From NCBI GenBank assembly GCA_965223425.1, contig CBDCWS010000001.1, positions 59,098 to 123,097 of the forward strand: DNA of 64,000 nt, in the 5' to 3' direction. The notes under the pieces were generated by a model, which saw only the letters and a list, made by a program, of their open reading frames with translations, ran no database searches and was not told the origin of the DNA. Positions 20,013-31,010 of the stretch are shown here, in pieces (position 1 is the stretch's first letter; every line of letters begins with the position of its first letter). The DNA comes from Nitrosopumilus sp. Its GTDB lineage: Archaea > Thermoproteota > Nitrososphaeria > Nitrososphaerales > Nitrosopumilaceae. The translations under genes and the position numbers were made by a program.

Positions 20013-21445
20013 ATGAATTTGGTTTTGCAGTTTTCGGAAGCGGATATTGGTTACTGGGCAAGTGTGTATAGCGGTGTTTGGACGCGTCGGCAGCGTGAAA
20101 GAGAAGATCATCTTATGGGGCTTGTCGATGAGATTCAAAAGTGTGGCGAGATGACGAGTAAAGAATTGGGTGATGTGCAGAGGTGGAAGTCTCCGCGTGG
20201 GATTAAGCTTTTAGATGATAACACGGATTCGGAGATTCGTGCAATTACCAGAGATGCGTTTGATGCTACGGACGACTGGAAGAAATTATCGCTCCTAACG
20301 GCTCTTAGCGGGATGCGTGTGCCTCGTGCGTCTGTCGTATTGCATTTATATGATAAAAAGCCGTTTCCGATGGCAGATCGGTACGCCAAGAAATCTATCG
20401 GTTTTTCCGGTAGTTATACACAACGCTTTTGGCGGTCGTATTGCGAATTTACGCGTGATATTGCTAATAGGAACGGTATTATAGTGAAGCCCAGAAATAA
20501 GTTAGCATATTCTAAGATTTATGCTATCCTCTAAGTCTTATGAGCTATTCAACAGATTTACGCAAACGCGTCCTCGACTTCGTTAGCAGTGAGGGCAGCA
20601 TCGCAGAAGCCTCACGAAGATTCGGTATCTCTCGAACCTGCATCTATAAGTGGTTGAATGCTGAAGACCCCTTCAGCTGTAAAAAGCCGGGACCCCGAGG
20701 CCCCCGATCCATTGATTATGATGCGCTCAAAGCACATGTCGCTGATTTTCCAGATGCCACACAAATTGAGCGTGCGACTCACTTTGGCGTCTCGAAGCAT
20801 TGTATCTGGTACGCACTGAAAAAACTCAATATCACTCGAAAAAAAAACGGCGGACGTACAAAGAACAATGCCCGCTGAAACGAGAAGCCTATCTCTCCTG
20901 GCTTCAGTTAGAAACCGATGTGCGCGGCAAAACACCCGTTTATATTGATGAGACGGGTTTCGCCACATCAGGTTTCCGTGAGTACACCTATGCGCTGAAA
21001 GGGGTTGCTGTCGCAGATCAGGTGTCAGGGAATCGGTATAGGCGGACCTCCTTGATTGCAGCTCGGATTGCCGAGTGTTTTACAGCACCCGTGCTTTTTG
21101 AGGGTGCCTGTGAGAGTCTTGCCTTTAACGCATGGATTGATCAGATGCTATGTCCGTTGCTTGATGACAGGCACGTTGTGATTATGGATAATGCCTCCTT
21201 CCACAAGGGTTCACAGACAGCAGCGTTGATCAGGGGTTGCGGTGCGAGTTTGCTATTTTTACCCCCCTACTCGCCGGAGTTGAACCCGATTGAGAAGGAT
21301 TTCGCCAACCTGAAGCGGATGCGTCAATACAACGCAGAAGCAACGCTTGATGAAATCATAAAAGTGTATCAGTAATTATGGGCTTTACTATAATATGCGT
21401 ACGTTGGATAGGGCATTGTGGGCTTGGGGCTGGTATCACAGTTAA
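20013..21445 (+). pseudogene. Helix-hairpin-helix glycosylase-like protein interrupted by IS630
   Basis: WKSPR, LTALSGMRVPRASVVLH and PMAD. Removing the IS restores ...NGINMRTLDRALWAWGWYHS*. Confidence 0.7.
20482..21390 (+). mobile_element. IS630-family element (orfs 20540-20878 and 20800-21375, frameshift at an A-run)
   Basis: TIRs TAGTGAAGCCCA / TGGGCTTTACTA with TA duplication. Motifs YSTDLRKRV, IDETG, MDNASFH and LPPYSPELNPIE. Confidence 0.95.
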
Positions 21446-21548
21446 TCTTTAACCGCGCGTGCTGATCTGCTGCCGCCTCCCATCCTGAAACTTTGAACAC
21501 AAATTTGCGAAGAAGAGAGACGAATAAAGATCAAGTTGGATAGAAAAT

Positions 21549-22655
21549 TCAAGCACTATTTGTGAGGGCACTCAACACAGATCCGAGTTGCTTCGTAAGG
21601 TATGGAGATTCCTGTCCCACTTTACTTAGCGACTCCATCAATGGAAAAGCAGACCCGTGCCAGTCTCCGTTCCTGTCGTTCACCTGTCTCCCTATCACGA
21701 TCCCCGGACCTCGGGTGAAGCTCTTAAGTCGGTCAATACCTTCCTCAATGATGTCCTTGGGAAGGGGTTTTCCTCTTCGCCGGGACCACTCCACGAGGTA
21801 ATGGAGGCCTCGCAGGATGTCATATTCGAAAAAGCGGGGAAAAAACGGCTTCAGCCATTCTGGATTTATAACACTCCCACCTTCCTTTGAACAAACCAAC
21901 CGATGCTCAATCAGGTATCGCGCTCCATTATCGAGGAATCTCTTCTCCGCAGCCGTGTAGTCTCGATCTGTGAAAAACAACACGGCCTCCAGGGGTGGCA
22001 GACTTGATACGATCGAACTCTTACCCGACTTCAGATAAGCGTCCGGCTCACAGTTTAGCCCTCCATCTGAAAGTTGGTGCTTTAGGAACCACCTTCTGAT
22101 CCATGGCAGGTCTGCCTCTGTATCGCATCCACAGGTAGAAAGGATCATATAGAACACGCCCAGTTCACAGTGACAGCAGTCCATTTTTTTCTTATCTGCT
22201 TCAGTCTGTGGAGCATCATGTTCGGTAATAACGAACTCCTGCCAGGCTCCATGCTTGAGCTGCTCCAACGCGCTGTCGACAGCTGACCGGGGAATCCGCG
22301 CGACCTCCCCCATTTCGTAAAGAATAGCCAGCTGCCACCACGGTCCGTCCCATTTCCTTCTGCTCCCGCGGTCCGGGACTGAGAATGCGCCTTCGGACGA
22401 TATCACCTCAACTGCTGACTCGATTGCGTTGTCCATGTTGACCCCTTTGTCTGCGAATACTTGGGCATATTCCTGTTGTGCCTTTATCAAGAATGTCAGC
22501 GGCACAAGCAAGAGACTTAATGGTTTCATAACCTCTTTATCAAAATACTCGTTCTGACGCATAATTCCTGCTTGCATCTGAAACAATGTGCTGTGTGGGT
22601 TGTGGATAACAATGCTTTCCAAGTTCTCTACACGCTCAAGATCGGATTCGCACAT
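21549..22655 (-). CDS. Prenyltransferase/squalene-cyclase-like alpha-alpha toroid protein (start uncertain)
   Basis: WFLKHQLSDGGLNCE, ARYLIEHRL and FPRFFEYDILRGL. Confidence 0.6.
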   Translation of the reverse strand: MCESDLERVENLESIVIHNPHSTLFQMQAGIMRQNEYFDKEVMKPLSLLLVPLTFLIKAQQEYAQVFADKGVNMDNAIESAVEVISSEGAFSVPDRGSRRKWDGPWWQLAILYEMGEVARIPRSAVDSALEQLKHGAWQEFVITEHDAPQTEADKKKMDCCHCELGVFYMILSTCGCDTEADLPWIRRWFLKHQLSDGGLNCEPDAYLKSGKSSIVSSLPPLEAVLFFTDRDYTAAEKRFLDNGARYLIEHRLVCSKEGGSVINPEWLKPFFPRFFEYDILRGLHYLVEWSRRRGKPLPKDIIEEGIDRLKSFTRGPGIVIGRQVNDRNGDWHGSAFPLMESLSKVGQESPYLTKQLGSVLSALTNSA

Positions 22656-22855
22656 GTATTTGCTTTTCCGTCATGTTTTGTTCTCTCATCAATTGTTCTT
22701 TCATTGTTAGTATAACATATAAGGGGGAGGTCAAGTCAAGGTTACTTCCGGGTCAGCTTTTGACTTTTCGCTGATGGCTGTGTCAAACGCCTTGCTCTCT
22801 CGATATACGCCAGGGGGTAAACACACAGGGGCGTGTCTTGGAGAGGGGCTTAAAA

Positions 22856-22877
22856 GCGATTCTCGAAAGGATTTTTT
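22856..22877 (+). repeat. 22-bp direct repeat, copy 2
   Basis: Identical to 19451-19472 and immediately downstream of the recombinase pseudogene. Confidence 0.85.
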
Positions 22878-22882
22878 AGTGT

Positions 22883-23661
22883 TTATCCGATTTTGACAAT
22901 CTCGGCTTCTGTTAGCGGTGTGTCCGGCTCGGTATCATCGCGCAGCCTGGAGAGGTCGTACCCTCTCAATGCGAGTTCCCGGAAGAGTGTTTCGTCTTGT
23001 GTTTCTTTGAGTTCAGCACCTAAAAACTGGAATGACTCTGACGTTTGTATCCTTCTGTAAGGTTCAACACCCGACGCCATGTCCTCTAGTGCCTATCGCG
23101 CCGAAGCATAATTAATTCCGATATATTTCTGTGTGGTACTGACGTTTTCATGCCCTAAAAGCTCCTGCCCGACATAAATGTCGCCCCTCTGCTCATACAC
23201 CCGCTGTGCAAAAGACTTACGCAGTGAATACGTCGCTAGCTTACCATTCAAGCCAGCGTCCATAAAAGCCACTTTCAGCATATCGTGGGCCGTCTGCCGA
23301 TTCATAGGCACCGTTCCACTTCGGTTGCGCGATGGGAATAGTGGACGGTTGGGATCAGTGGAATTGTACTGCTCGCGATGCCATTCAACCAGACTGTCAA
23401 TTGCCTCTCTGCCGTCTACGTTCACTGGCACGGCTCTTGATACCTCACCGCCTTTTACGATGGAACGATCGTAGAGAAGATCCGTTACCGCAGCACCGTT
23501 CTGAAAAACGTCCCGATCTGTAGGCTTAAAAGCTCACTAATACGCCCGCCAGTACTCACACCTAACAGGAATAAACCGCGATTGCGTACTTCGTACGTGC
23601 CGGAAAAGCATGCAGAAACCAGACGGATTTCTGTGTTGTCTAACGGTCTTGTGCCTTTCAT
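22883..23661 (-). pseudogene. Tyrosine recombinase/resolvase, frameshifted; paralog of 33694-34383
   Basis: Starts MKGTRPLDN...RNRGLFLLGVSTGGRISELL, has a frameshift near 23520, then SLRKSFAQR...LLGH...Y, with a premature stop at 23093. Confidence 0.85.
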
Positions 23662-23861
23662 ATACCCTTCCCTCTCACGTTAGGGCTAATGGCATCCTGC
23701 ACCGAGGTATAAAGGTGCTGCAATGCCTGAAAATAGTCCATTTCAGCATTCTGAATACGGTCGGGATCACCGGTTGCGCGCGTCTTGCGGAGTTTAGCTA
23801 AACACAACCCCAACTGGCGATTCGCATCTTCTAAGATCGTCCAGTGTATATCTGAGATCAT
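23658..23861 (-). CDS. Small hypothetical protein, coupled to the recombinase gene
   Basis: Its stop overlaps the recombinase ATG (ATGA). Confidence 0.5.
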   Translation of the reverse strand: MISDIHWTILEDANRQLGLCLAKLRKTRATGDPDRIQNAEMDYFQALQHLYTSVQDAISPNVRGKGI

Positions 23862-23926
23862 ACCTGTTTCTCGAAAAAAGCTTGCGAGAATACCCTAGAA
23901 CCGATTTCTGAGCGATCAACACTCTA

Positions 23927-24199
23927 TCATTTAGCGATCGGCGGTTTATTGTAAATGGTAAACAAAGCATTTAACGCCTCGCCAAGTAAGACTTGGATTG
24001 ATTTCCCAGTCTCTAATTTCAGAACAAGCAATTGATGATGTGTGTCTTTGTCAAAATGACCACTCACGAGCTTCTTATCGCGTCTTGCATCTGATTGCTG
24101 ACTTTTGGGTGCCGGCTTGGATTCTATAGATGCTGGATCAGTGGTAGACGACTCATCCTTTTCAAGGAGATCCTTAAGGTTGTTTTTCAGTTGATTCAT
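23927..24199 (-). CDS. ParG-like ribbon-helix-helix partition partner
   Basis: 90 aa directly after parA; disordered N-terminus followed by KKLVSGHF...SIQVLLGEALNALF..YNKP. Confidence 0.75.
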   Translation of the reverse strand: MNQLKNNLKDLLEKDESSTTDPASIESKPAPKSQQSDARRDKKLVSGHFDKDTHHQLLVLKLETGKSIQVLLGEALNALFTIYNKPPIAK

Positions 24200-24201
24200 G
24201 A

Positions 24202-24822
24202 CTATATCTCCATTCGGTTTGCGACGTATTTATAGAGGGTTCGAATCTCGTCGCTGGCTTTGCTGTTAGGGTCTAACTCTTGGACTGTTTTACCGTCGAT
24301 AAACACGTGGGAGAATAGGATACGTTGACCGAGCGTACAAGGGGCACAGTCTGTATCATAAATCTCAACAGCACGCCTCGCCTGCAAGAGCATAGAAGTC
24401 CTAGCGGGCACTGCGTTGAATATCACACTCGACGGTACAGACGCAAAGTTAGTGATTTGGACTGTTGATCCGACGGATTGCAAGTCAAGGATGGCAGGCT
24501 TGCAAGGGATGAGTGCGAAGGATGCGGATCTAGCAGCATCAAGTGCAGCGGATTCAGTATGTGGAGCAGTGTCAAGGATCGCTAAAGTCGCACCACTCTG
24601 CTCCGCTGTATGTAATATGTCCGGTAAGCGCGAGGAGTGGGCAGAGATCACGACGGGTGAGTCGGCATCTCGGGTATCACCCCATTTAGCAGCACTCGCC
24701 TGTGGATCAAGATCAATAATAGTAGTAGTATGACCGGCTTGCTCCGCAGCAACAGCGAGGTGAACAGCAAGTGTGGTCTTCCCAGTTCCACCTTTTCGAC
24801 TCAAGATGGCTAAAGTCTTCAT
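24202..24822 (-). CDS. parA: Short (type Ib) ParA partition ATPase
   Basis: Deviant Walker A KGGTGKTT, DLDPQASA and ILDTAP; no N-terminal HTH. Confidence 0.92.
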   Translation of the reverse strand: MKTLAILSRKGGTGKTTLAVHLAVAAEQAGHTTTIIDLDPQASAAKWGDTRDADSPVVISAHSSRLPDILHTAEQSGATLAILDTAPHTESAALDAARSASFALIPCKPAILDLQSVGSTVQITNFASVPSSVIFNAVPARTSMLLQARRAVEIYDTDCAPCTLGQRILFSHVFIDGKTVQELDPNSKASDEIRTLYKYVANRMEI

Positions 24823-24838
24823 ATTTACCTCCAAGTCT

Positions 24839-24960
24839 ATACTCGTATGAAATCATACCCGTATAAGTTCATACATGTATAAGTTTATATGTGTATGAAA
24901 TCATACCCGTATAAAACCATAAGAGTATATATCCATACGTGTATAATTTTATACACGTAT
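24839..24960. repeat. Centromere/operator-like array: 8 units at 16-bp period, core ATAC-NN-GTAT
   Basis: Cores at 24839, 24855, 24871, 24887, 24903, 24919, 24935 and 24951, directly upstream of parA. Confidence 0.85.
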
Positions 24961-25305
24961 GGATATATACGCAGTTATAGAGATAAACGTTTCATAGAGT
25001 GCCACAAAGCATTCCCTATTTTTTACCTAACAACATACAACTCGGTTCCAGCCGATAGCCAACTACTAAAACAGGACTCCGTTCTGACATATCTCCAAAC
25101 ACCGACATCGAAAACCCTTGTAGTTGATAGTAGATTTGATTGAAGGCAGCGGGATTGACAATCATCACGATAACCTTCTGATCCCGGACGGCTATTGTTC
25201 AAATCTGAGATGCTTATGCTCTCTGCTCCGAAAAACCTTGAACTTCAGTGGTATATAGTGTATAATGTGCTAAAATCCAATGTCCCTACTACACGGAGAT
25301 TTCAG

Positions 25306-25635
25306 ATGAAAAGACCCAAACTTGTTGTTGGACACCTAATGAACGACCAATTACTCGTCAAATCTGTCACTACACCGAAACACTCTGATTGGCTCAAGTG
25401 GTTAGAAATTGAAGAACTTGTTGAGTTTTTCGGGGAACTCCTCAAACTCATGACACAAATTTCGGAAGGAAAAAAGGATGCGACGATGCTTTCGGCCTTC
25501 CTTGCCGATTGGCGTGAAACCGCCATGATTAATTCAGAGCCCGAAGTCTTAGCGGATATTGTTGAGGCAGAACAGGAATTGGACGCTGGCGGTGGAAAAC
25601 CGTGGCCACAGATCAAGAAGGAGATCGGTCTGTGA
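25306..25635 (+). CDS. Putative antitoxin
   Basis: Acidic C-terminus ending PWPQIKKEIGL; GTGA overlap with the toxin gene. Confidence 0.7.
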   Translation: MKRPKLVVGHLMNDQLLVKSVTTPKHSDWLKWLEIEELVEFFGELLKLMTQISEGKKDATMLSAFLADWRETAMINSEPEVLADIVEAEQELDAGGGKPWPQIKKEIGL

Positions 25636-25913
25636 ATCAGCGGCGATACACGCTTGAGCCACTTCCGAGGAAAGTCGAAAATTTTATCAAACGGCGAGAT
25701 CAGACAACACAAGAACGCATTAATGCCGCTTTTGAATACATCACCTACTCTCCCTTTCATCACGAAAATCCTACAACAATCAGACAACTCCGGGCAAGGA
25801 AAAGAGACCGCTATCGTTATCGGATAGGGAATATACGTTTCATTTACCGAGTTGATAGAGACAATCAACGAATCCGCATTGTTCAAATTGATAATCGTGG
25901 TGATATTTATTAA
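25632..25913 (+). CDS. RelE/ParE-family toxin
   Basis: Basic 93-aa protein with YRYRIGNIRFIYRVD...IDNRGDIY. Confidence 0.88.
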   Translation: MNQRRYTLEPLPRKVENFIKRRDQTTQERINAAFEYITYSPFHHENPTTIRQLRARKRDRYRYRIGNIRFIYRVDRDNQRIRIVQIDNRGDIY

Positions 25914-26229
25914 CCATGGTCTACACAGATTTGGTAGTTCCTCTTTGAACCCACATGAACTAACAGGAAAATGCCAATACTAACGTTCACAAAACACGCC
26001 AATACCTCAATGACTCGGACTTTGAAAAGATGAACAAGTTGCGAAAGAGAAAGTTGGATCGGATGCTCAGAAAGAGGAAGCGAAGATGCGTATTGACGCT
26101 GAGATCGAAGCTGTGAAGGCGCAAGTTGAGAGTGAGAGGATAGCGTGCGTTAGATTCAGGAGTTTGATGGAGTCCAGTCATCTGGAGACTCGTATATAGA
26201 GTGAGGCAGTCTAAATAGGAAGGGGTATT

Positions 26230-26505
26230 ATGAAGTCTATACCAGAACGCCAATTCTTCAAAGAGCAGCTCGTTGAAGTACTTGACGAAACAGTTGAACC
26301 AATAAGTGACGGTGTTGTTGAGGGTGAAATCGAGTGGGGCCGAACAGGGAACTTTGGTAGTTTTACAGTGTTAATTGACGCCGAGGGTAAAATTGACATA
26401 GCTGTATCTGATTACCGAGAATCAGACTCTGTTTTGAGAGAGGATATTACCGTCGAGCAAGCCCTGCGGGAAGCGAGAGATTTCAAGTCTAATCGCAGCG
26501 TATAA
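26230..26505 (+). CDS. Hypothetical protein
   Basis: AAGGGG RBS and an acidic 91-aa ORF. Confidence 0.5.
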   Translation: MKSIPERQFFKEQLVEVLDETVEPISDGVVEGEIEWGRTGNFGSFTVLIDAEGKIDIAVSDYRESDSVLREDITVEQALREARDFKSNRSV

Positions 26506-26761
26506 TTTCGGATATGAATCCAAAAAACGAGAAAACCTAAGAACTCAGTGAATATAGGTGTTCATTTCTCGAAGGGAACATTTTACAGCATATGTTAAGT
26601 TCGGTGAATGCGTGGGATCCAGCCAAACTTCCAGTCGAATCGTCTCTCTGGCAGTCGATTTCTTTCCGACCGGTAAAGCCTTGCAGTTATGCACACAATT
26701 GGATGTTAGCACTGCCCAATTGAAGTCACACTGAGCTGCTAACTCACCGTAGGTAATCGTT

Positions 26762-29700
26762 TTAATCAATTAAAGCATTCAGAGCATCAAAAGCTTTTTG
26801 AAATCGTTCAAAATCCGAATCAGACAATTGATTCTCAAGGTTACCGACATTTTTGCTAAAATATAGAGCGGGCGGCAGATGTGTGAATTTTCTATTGTTT
26901 GGCATAGGATTGTTCTCAAAGTGTTCTTTGAGACGTTGTGAAATACAGGGATGCCCCACTTTAATATCTGTTATTCTTAAAGATGTCCCAAATTCGTCAT
27001 TTAACAAACTTAAATAGAAGTCCGGTTCAAACATATCTTCAATATCTGCCTCTTTGTTATTTGCAAAATTAGCGAAAGTTAGAACTTGACTTTTGTCCAG
27101 TGGCGATTCACCATTGTAAAAATTCTTAATTTTTTGCTTATCTCTTGTACTGCCATCGGAAATTCGGGCCACTCTCTAAGACAAGATTGTGGTATAATAT
27201 CCATCTACTTGAAAGGAGTATCCGATGGCGAAACGCAAACGAAGAAACTTCACTCCTGAGTTTAAAGCATCAGTTGTTCTTGAGGCTCTCAGTGGTGAAA
27301 GTTCCCAAGCAGAATTGTGTCGTCGACACAACCTCAGCGATGAACAACTCTCGAAGTGGAAGCGACAGCTCCTTGAAAATGCGGCGAGTCTCTTTGAACC
27401 CGCTGATAAGCAGTCTGATGCCTCTGCCGAGCGCATTGCGCACCTTGAGCAACTCGTTGGTAGGTTAACCGTGGCCCTGGACATCGAAAAAAAAGCCTCG
27501 ACTTGGTTGAGCTAAGCTCAAGGGAGCAACGAGAAATGGTTGAGGCGTTACAGGCAGATTATTCCGTGCGACAGATCTCTGAGACACTGGGGTTCACCCG
27601 AAGCAATCTCTATTATCACCCGAAAAGCGACCCGTGTGAAGAAGTCCTCCGGGAGGAAATAGAGCAGTTAGCACTACGCTACCCGAAGTATGGTTATAGG
27701 CGTATCACAGCGTTGCTACTGCGTCTGGGATACCCCGTTGGGTATAGACGCGTCGCCCGATTGATGAAATCTGCGAACTTGTCGGTTGCTGTCAAACGGG
27801 TTTGCTGCCAAACCACGAACTCCATTGATGATGTGCGTCCGTGGGTGAATCGTCTTCAGACCCTTGAAGTCTCCCGATGTGATCACGTCTGGGTGGGCGA
27901 TATTACCTACGTCCGTCTCAAAGGACACTTCATCTATGTTTCTCTGCTCATGGATGTCTTCACTCGTATAATCAGAGGGTGGCAGATCAGCCAGCACTTG
28001 ACGCAATCTCTGACGTTGAAACCCTTAGAGGCGGCATTACGTCAAAGTGTCCCAGAGATCCATCATTCGGATCAAGGCGTTCAATATCTTTCAAATGCCT
28101 ACATCTCATTGCTCAGGCATCATGACATTGAGATTTCCGTAGCCCGCCGCGGGTGTCCTTGGGAGAACGGATATGCTGAAAGACTTATCCGCACCCTCAA
28201 GGAGGAAGAAGTTCACCTCAATGACTATGAGGACATCCACGAAGCGAGAGCCCGCATCGGGCATTTTATCACACAGGTGTATCATCAGAAACGCCCTCAC
28301 TCGGCGTTAGGGTATTTGACACCTGTCGAATTTGAGCGAAAAAACTTGTCTTAACTTTGCTTATTTTTTGGTCTGAATTACCGTTGGCACTTCACTCTGT
28401 TTCTATAGTCAACTAGAACAGCAACATTTAAATCTGAATTAGCACTAATCAATGAAACAAAGGTTGGTACTTTATCAATACCACCTACTGGGATAATAGA
28501 CCATCTGGGATTAAGCCCTTTTTCCCCACGCTTAATCAGAAGATCAGACATAATCTGTATGTAAATTTGGTCTGATGATCCTTCTACTAACAGATTATTC
28601 GGGTTAATAAAAAGAGATTGTGAAACATCATAACCTAATGCTGCTTGAATTGGGAATAAACTGCCTTCACCAACTTCAAATACTTGATTATCGACCTTAG
28701 TTCCTGATTCTTCATAATTTAAACTGCCACTTCCTATATTCAGGCTTAAATTTTCAACGATTCTTACCTCCTGAAAATTATTTTTACGATTCATCATGAA
28801 TGGTGAATGGGTTGTGTAAATAATCTGAAAATTTTGTGAAGCAATTTTCCTAAAATAATTAACTAAATCCTCTTGTGCTTTCGCATGCAAAGATAATCCT
28901 GGTTCATCTAATAGTAATACAATACCTTTATTACCACGTATATTTTCCCTAAACTGCAACAAGAAAGAGAAAAACCAAATAAATCCAGCAGACTCTGTGC
29001 TAAAATGTTTCTCAGTACCTGATTTCTTATCTTGCAATAGTATCCAAAGATTCAAGCCACTATCCATACCTCCAGGATCACCTGAATCACCCTCTTGGAT
29101 GTAGAATCTCATATTGTAATTACTGTGTTGGGTCCAAAAATTGAGTATACTGTCTGCAATAATTTCTAGATTAGATTGAGTTTGATCAAATTTATATCTA
29201 CGATTCATTGAACCTCTTGTATTTATCAATACATCAGGTGATGCGCCAGCCGATCGGAGAGCATCTAAAATCAGTTTATCTGATTCATTTGGGTTCCGTT
29301 GCCGGGTTGAAAGAGTATTCAGATTTATACTACCTGTCATTTGAGGATAATTATTCAGATAAATAAAAGTTGGCAACTGATTTTTCAAAACATTATTAAA
29401 AATGACGGTTGGCAAAGTATTTGTAGTAATACTTAAAAGTATCTCTCTATATTTTTGAGGGAGTTTAGGAGGTTCTTCCCCGAAAATAGAATTCACTAGA
29501 TGATTTGCCATTTCTACATTATCTTGTATATCAGAAGGAACATCTACTTTTGACCCCTTGATAACATTTTCCAAAATAGTACTAATATCAATGTCTAAAT
29601 CACTTACCTCTAGAAGATTACCGTTATACCCAATTTTTACCGCCATTGTTTGTTTATTACCCTGTAAACATTCACATGTTGTGAATTTATGCACGAGTTC

Positions 29701-29958
29701 AATATCTTCTGAATCAAGGGTATAAAAGGCATGTACAACTTGGTTTTCAATTTCAGGTCGATGTACATAATCCAGTGGGCGTACATCATCTACACCAGAA
29801 TACACTCCATCTATTGGATTTAAGTTATAAAGTGCTTTTAGTATAGCAGTCTTACCAGATTGATTTTTACCCACTAAACAGGTAACATCATCTATATCAA
29901 ACTCGCCAGAATCATGAATGCACAGAAAATTTGTAATACGCACTTTAATAAGTTTCAT
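26762..29958 (-). pseudogene. OLD-family ATP-dependent nuclease (ABC ATPase + TOPRIM) interrupted by IS3
   Basis: GKNQSGKT, LLLDEPG, TTHSPF, LVEGSSD, VLVD and DIEDMF. Excising the IS and one TSD restores DYRNRDKQKIK in frame. AT-rich. Confidence 0.88.
27146..28394 (+). mobile_element. IS3-family element, intact (orfA 27225-27515, orfB to 28354)
   Basis: TG...CA imperfect TIRs, 4-bp TSD CTCT, A8G slippery site at ~27487, and rve motifs WVGDITY, HHSDQG and ENGYAER. Confidence 0.95.
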
Positions 29959-30290
29959 AACCTGTTCCTATTGTTTTGTTGTTTTCGACCATTACTAACG
30001 GGTTTCTGAACGTAACATATCGCCGTAAACGTTACTTTCACCCTTCAACTGAGGCATGGCGGGAGGTGTCTTCAGACACCTCACTCTCTACGAGATACCA
30101 GACACTCTTAGAACCAAAACGACCACCGCCATATTTTTTTCTTTCACTCGGTGTCATCCCGGATATATCCTTAATAAGCAAGATGAGACAGAAGCCCGTG
30201 AGAATAACCAAACCGATAGATTTCAAAACTTCCACTTCGCATCTCCTTTTTAAAAATACCATGGAAATGCCAAAAACTTGACATTTCCAT

Positions 30291-30716
30291 TCATGGATGT
30301 AAATGTTCAATGTATTGCTTTTTGCCAGTTTTTGGATGTATGGCGTAGGTATGTTTATGTACCCAGTCACCCGTGGCATTTCGTCTCCATCCATAAGAAG
30401 TTTTACCGCCTATGGGGGGACGCCGCATATAGGGGTGGGTATGATCTCCCCAGTAATTATTCACAGGTAGGTGAGAGTGGGTTACCGTTTCTTCTCCTTT
30501 CACGCTACGGTGAGTGTGGGTTTTTCCAATATCTCGTTGCACATCATAATCGTAAGAGAATCCCACATGTGTATGCGATGACGGATTCCAGTATTGGTAG
30601 TCGGGTTCGGGTTTTGGTGTTGGTTTATGTTTTCTCTTGCAGAGATACCAACTCACCAAAGAACTACATGCAATGATCAGCACACCCCCAATTATGAAAA
30701 CGACGACTTTAGACAT
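30291..30716 (-). CDS. Membrane-anchored His-rich protein
   Basis: GAGGT RBS, N-terminal TM helix, Pro linker and repeated HxH motifs. Confidence 0.6.
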   Translation of the reverse strand: MSKVVVFIIGGVLIIACSSLVSWYLCKRKHKPTPKPEPDYQYWNPSSHTHVGFSYDYDVQRDIGKTHTHRSVKGEETVTHSHLPVNNYWGDHTHPYMRRPPIGGKTSYGWRRNATGDWVHKHTYAIHPKTGKKQYIEHLHP

Positions 30717-31010
30717 TTTAGAAATACCTCTCTCACTTGAAAAACGCCCGTAAATGCCCTGTAAGCCCCTTGAAGCGTTTCTCTGCTATCCTACCTTCCC
30801 TGATACCCAAACTCACGAAATTTGCGGGAAAACTTTTGAAACTCCCCGATGCTATGCAGATTCATCAAACAGTAAACGGCAGTTAGGACCCCCGATTTGA
30901 AATTGGGGGGTGTCGGGAGAATTTCCCCAGACTTCGGAGACCCTTCGACAGGCATCAATGCGCCGAGTGGGAAGCGGATCGCGGCAGTGCTGTATCCATT
31001 TGGGTGTGGA

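Noticed and set aside
24839-24960. CRISPR array
   Set aside because: The period is 16 bp with 6-bp spacers, there are no cas genes, and the position next to parA explains it.
28378-29958. Gabija or retron system
   Set aside because: No UvrD-like helicase or reverse transcriptase gene is present nearby.
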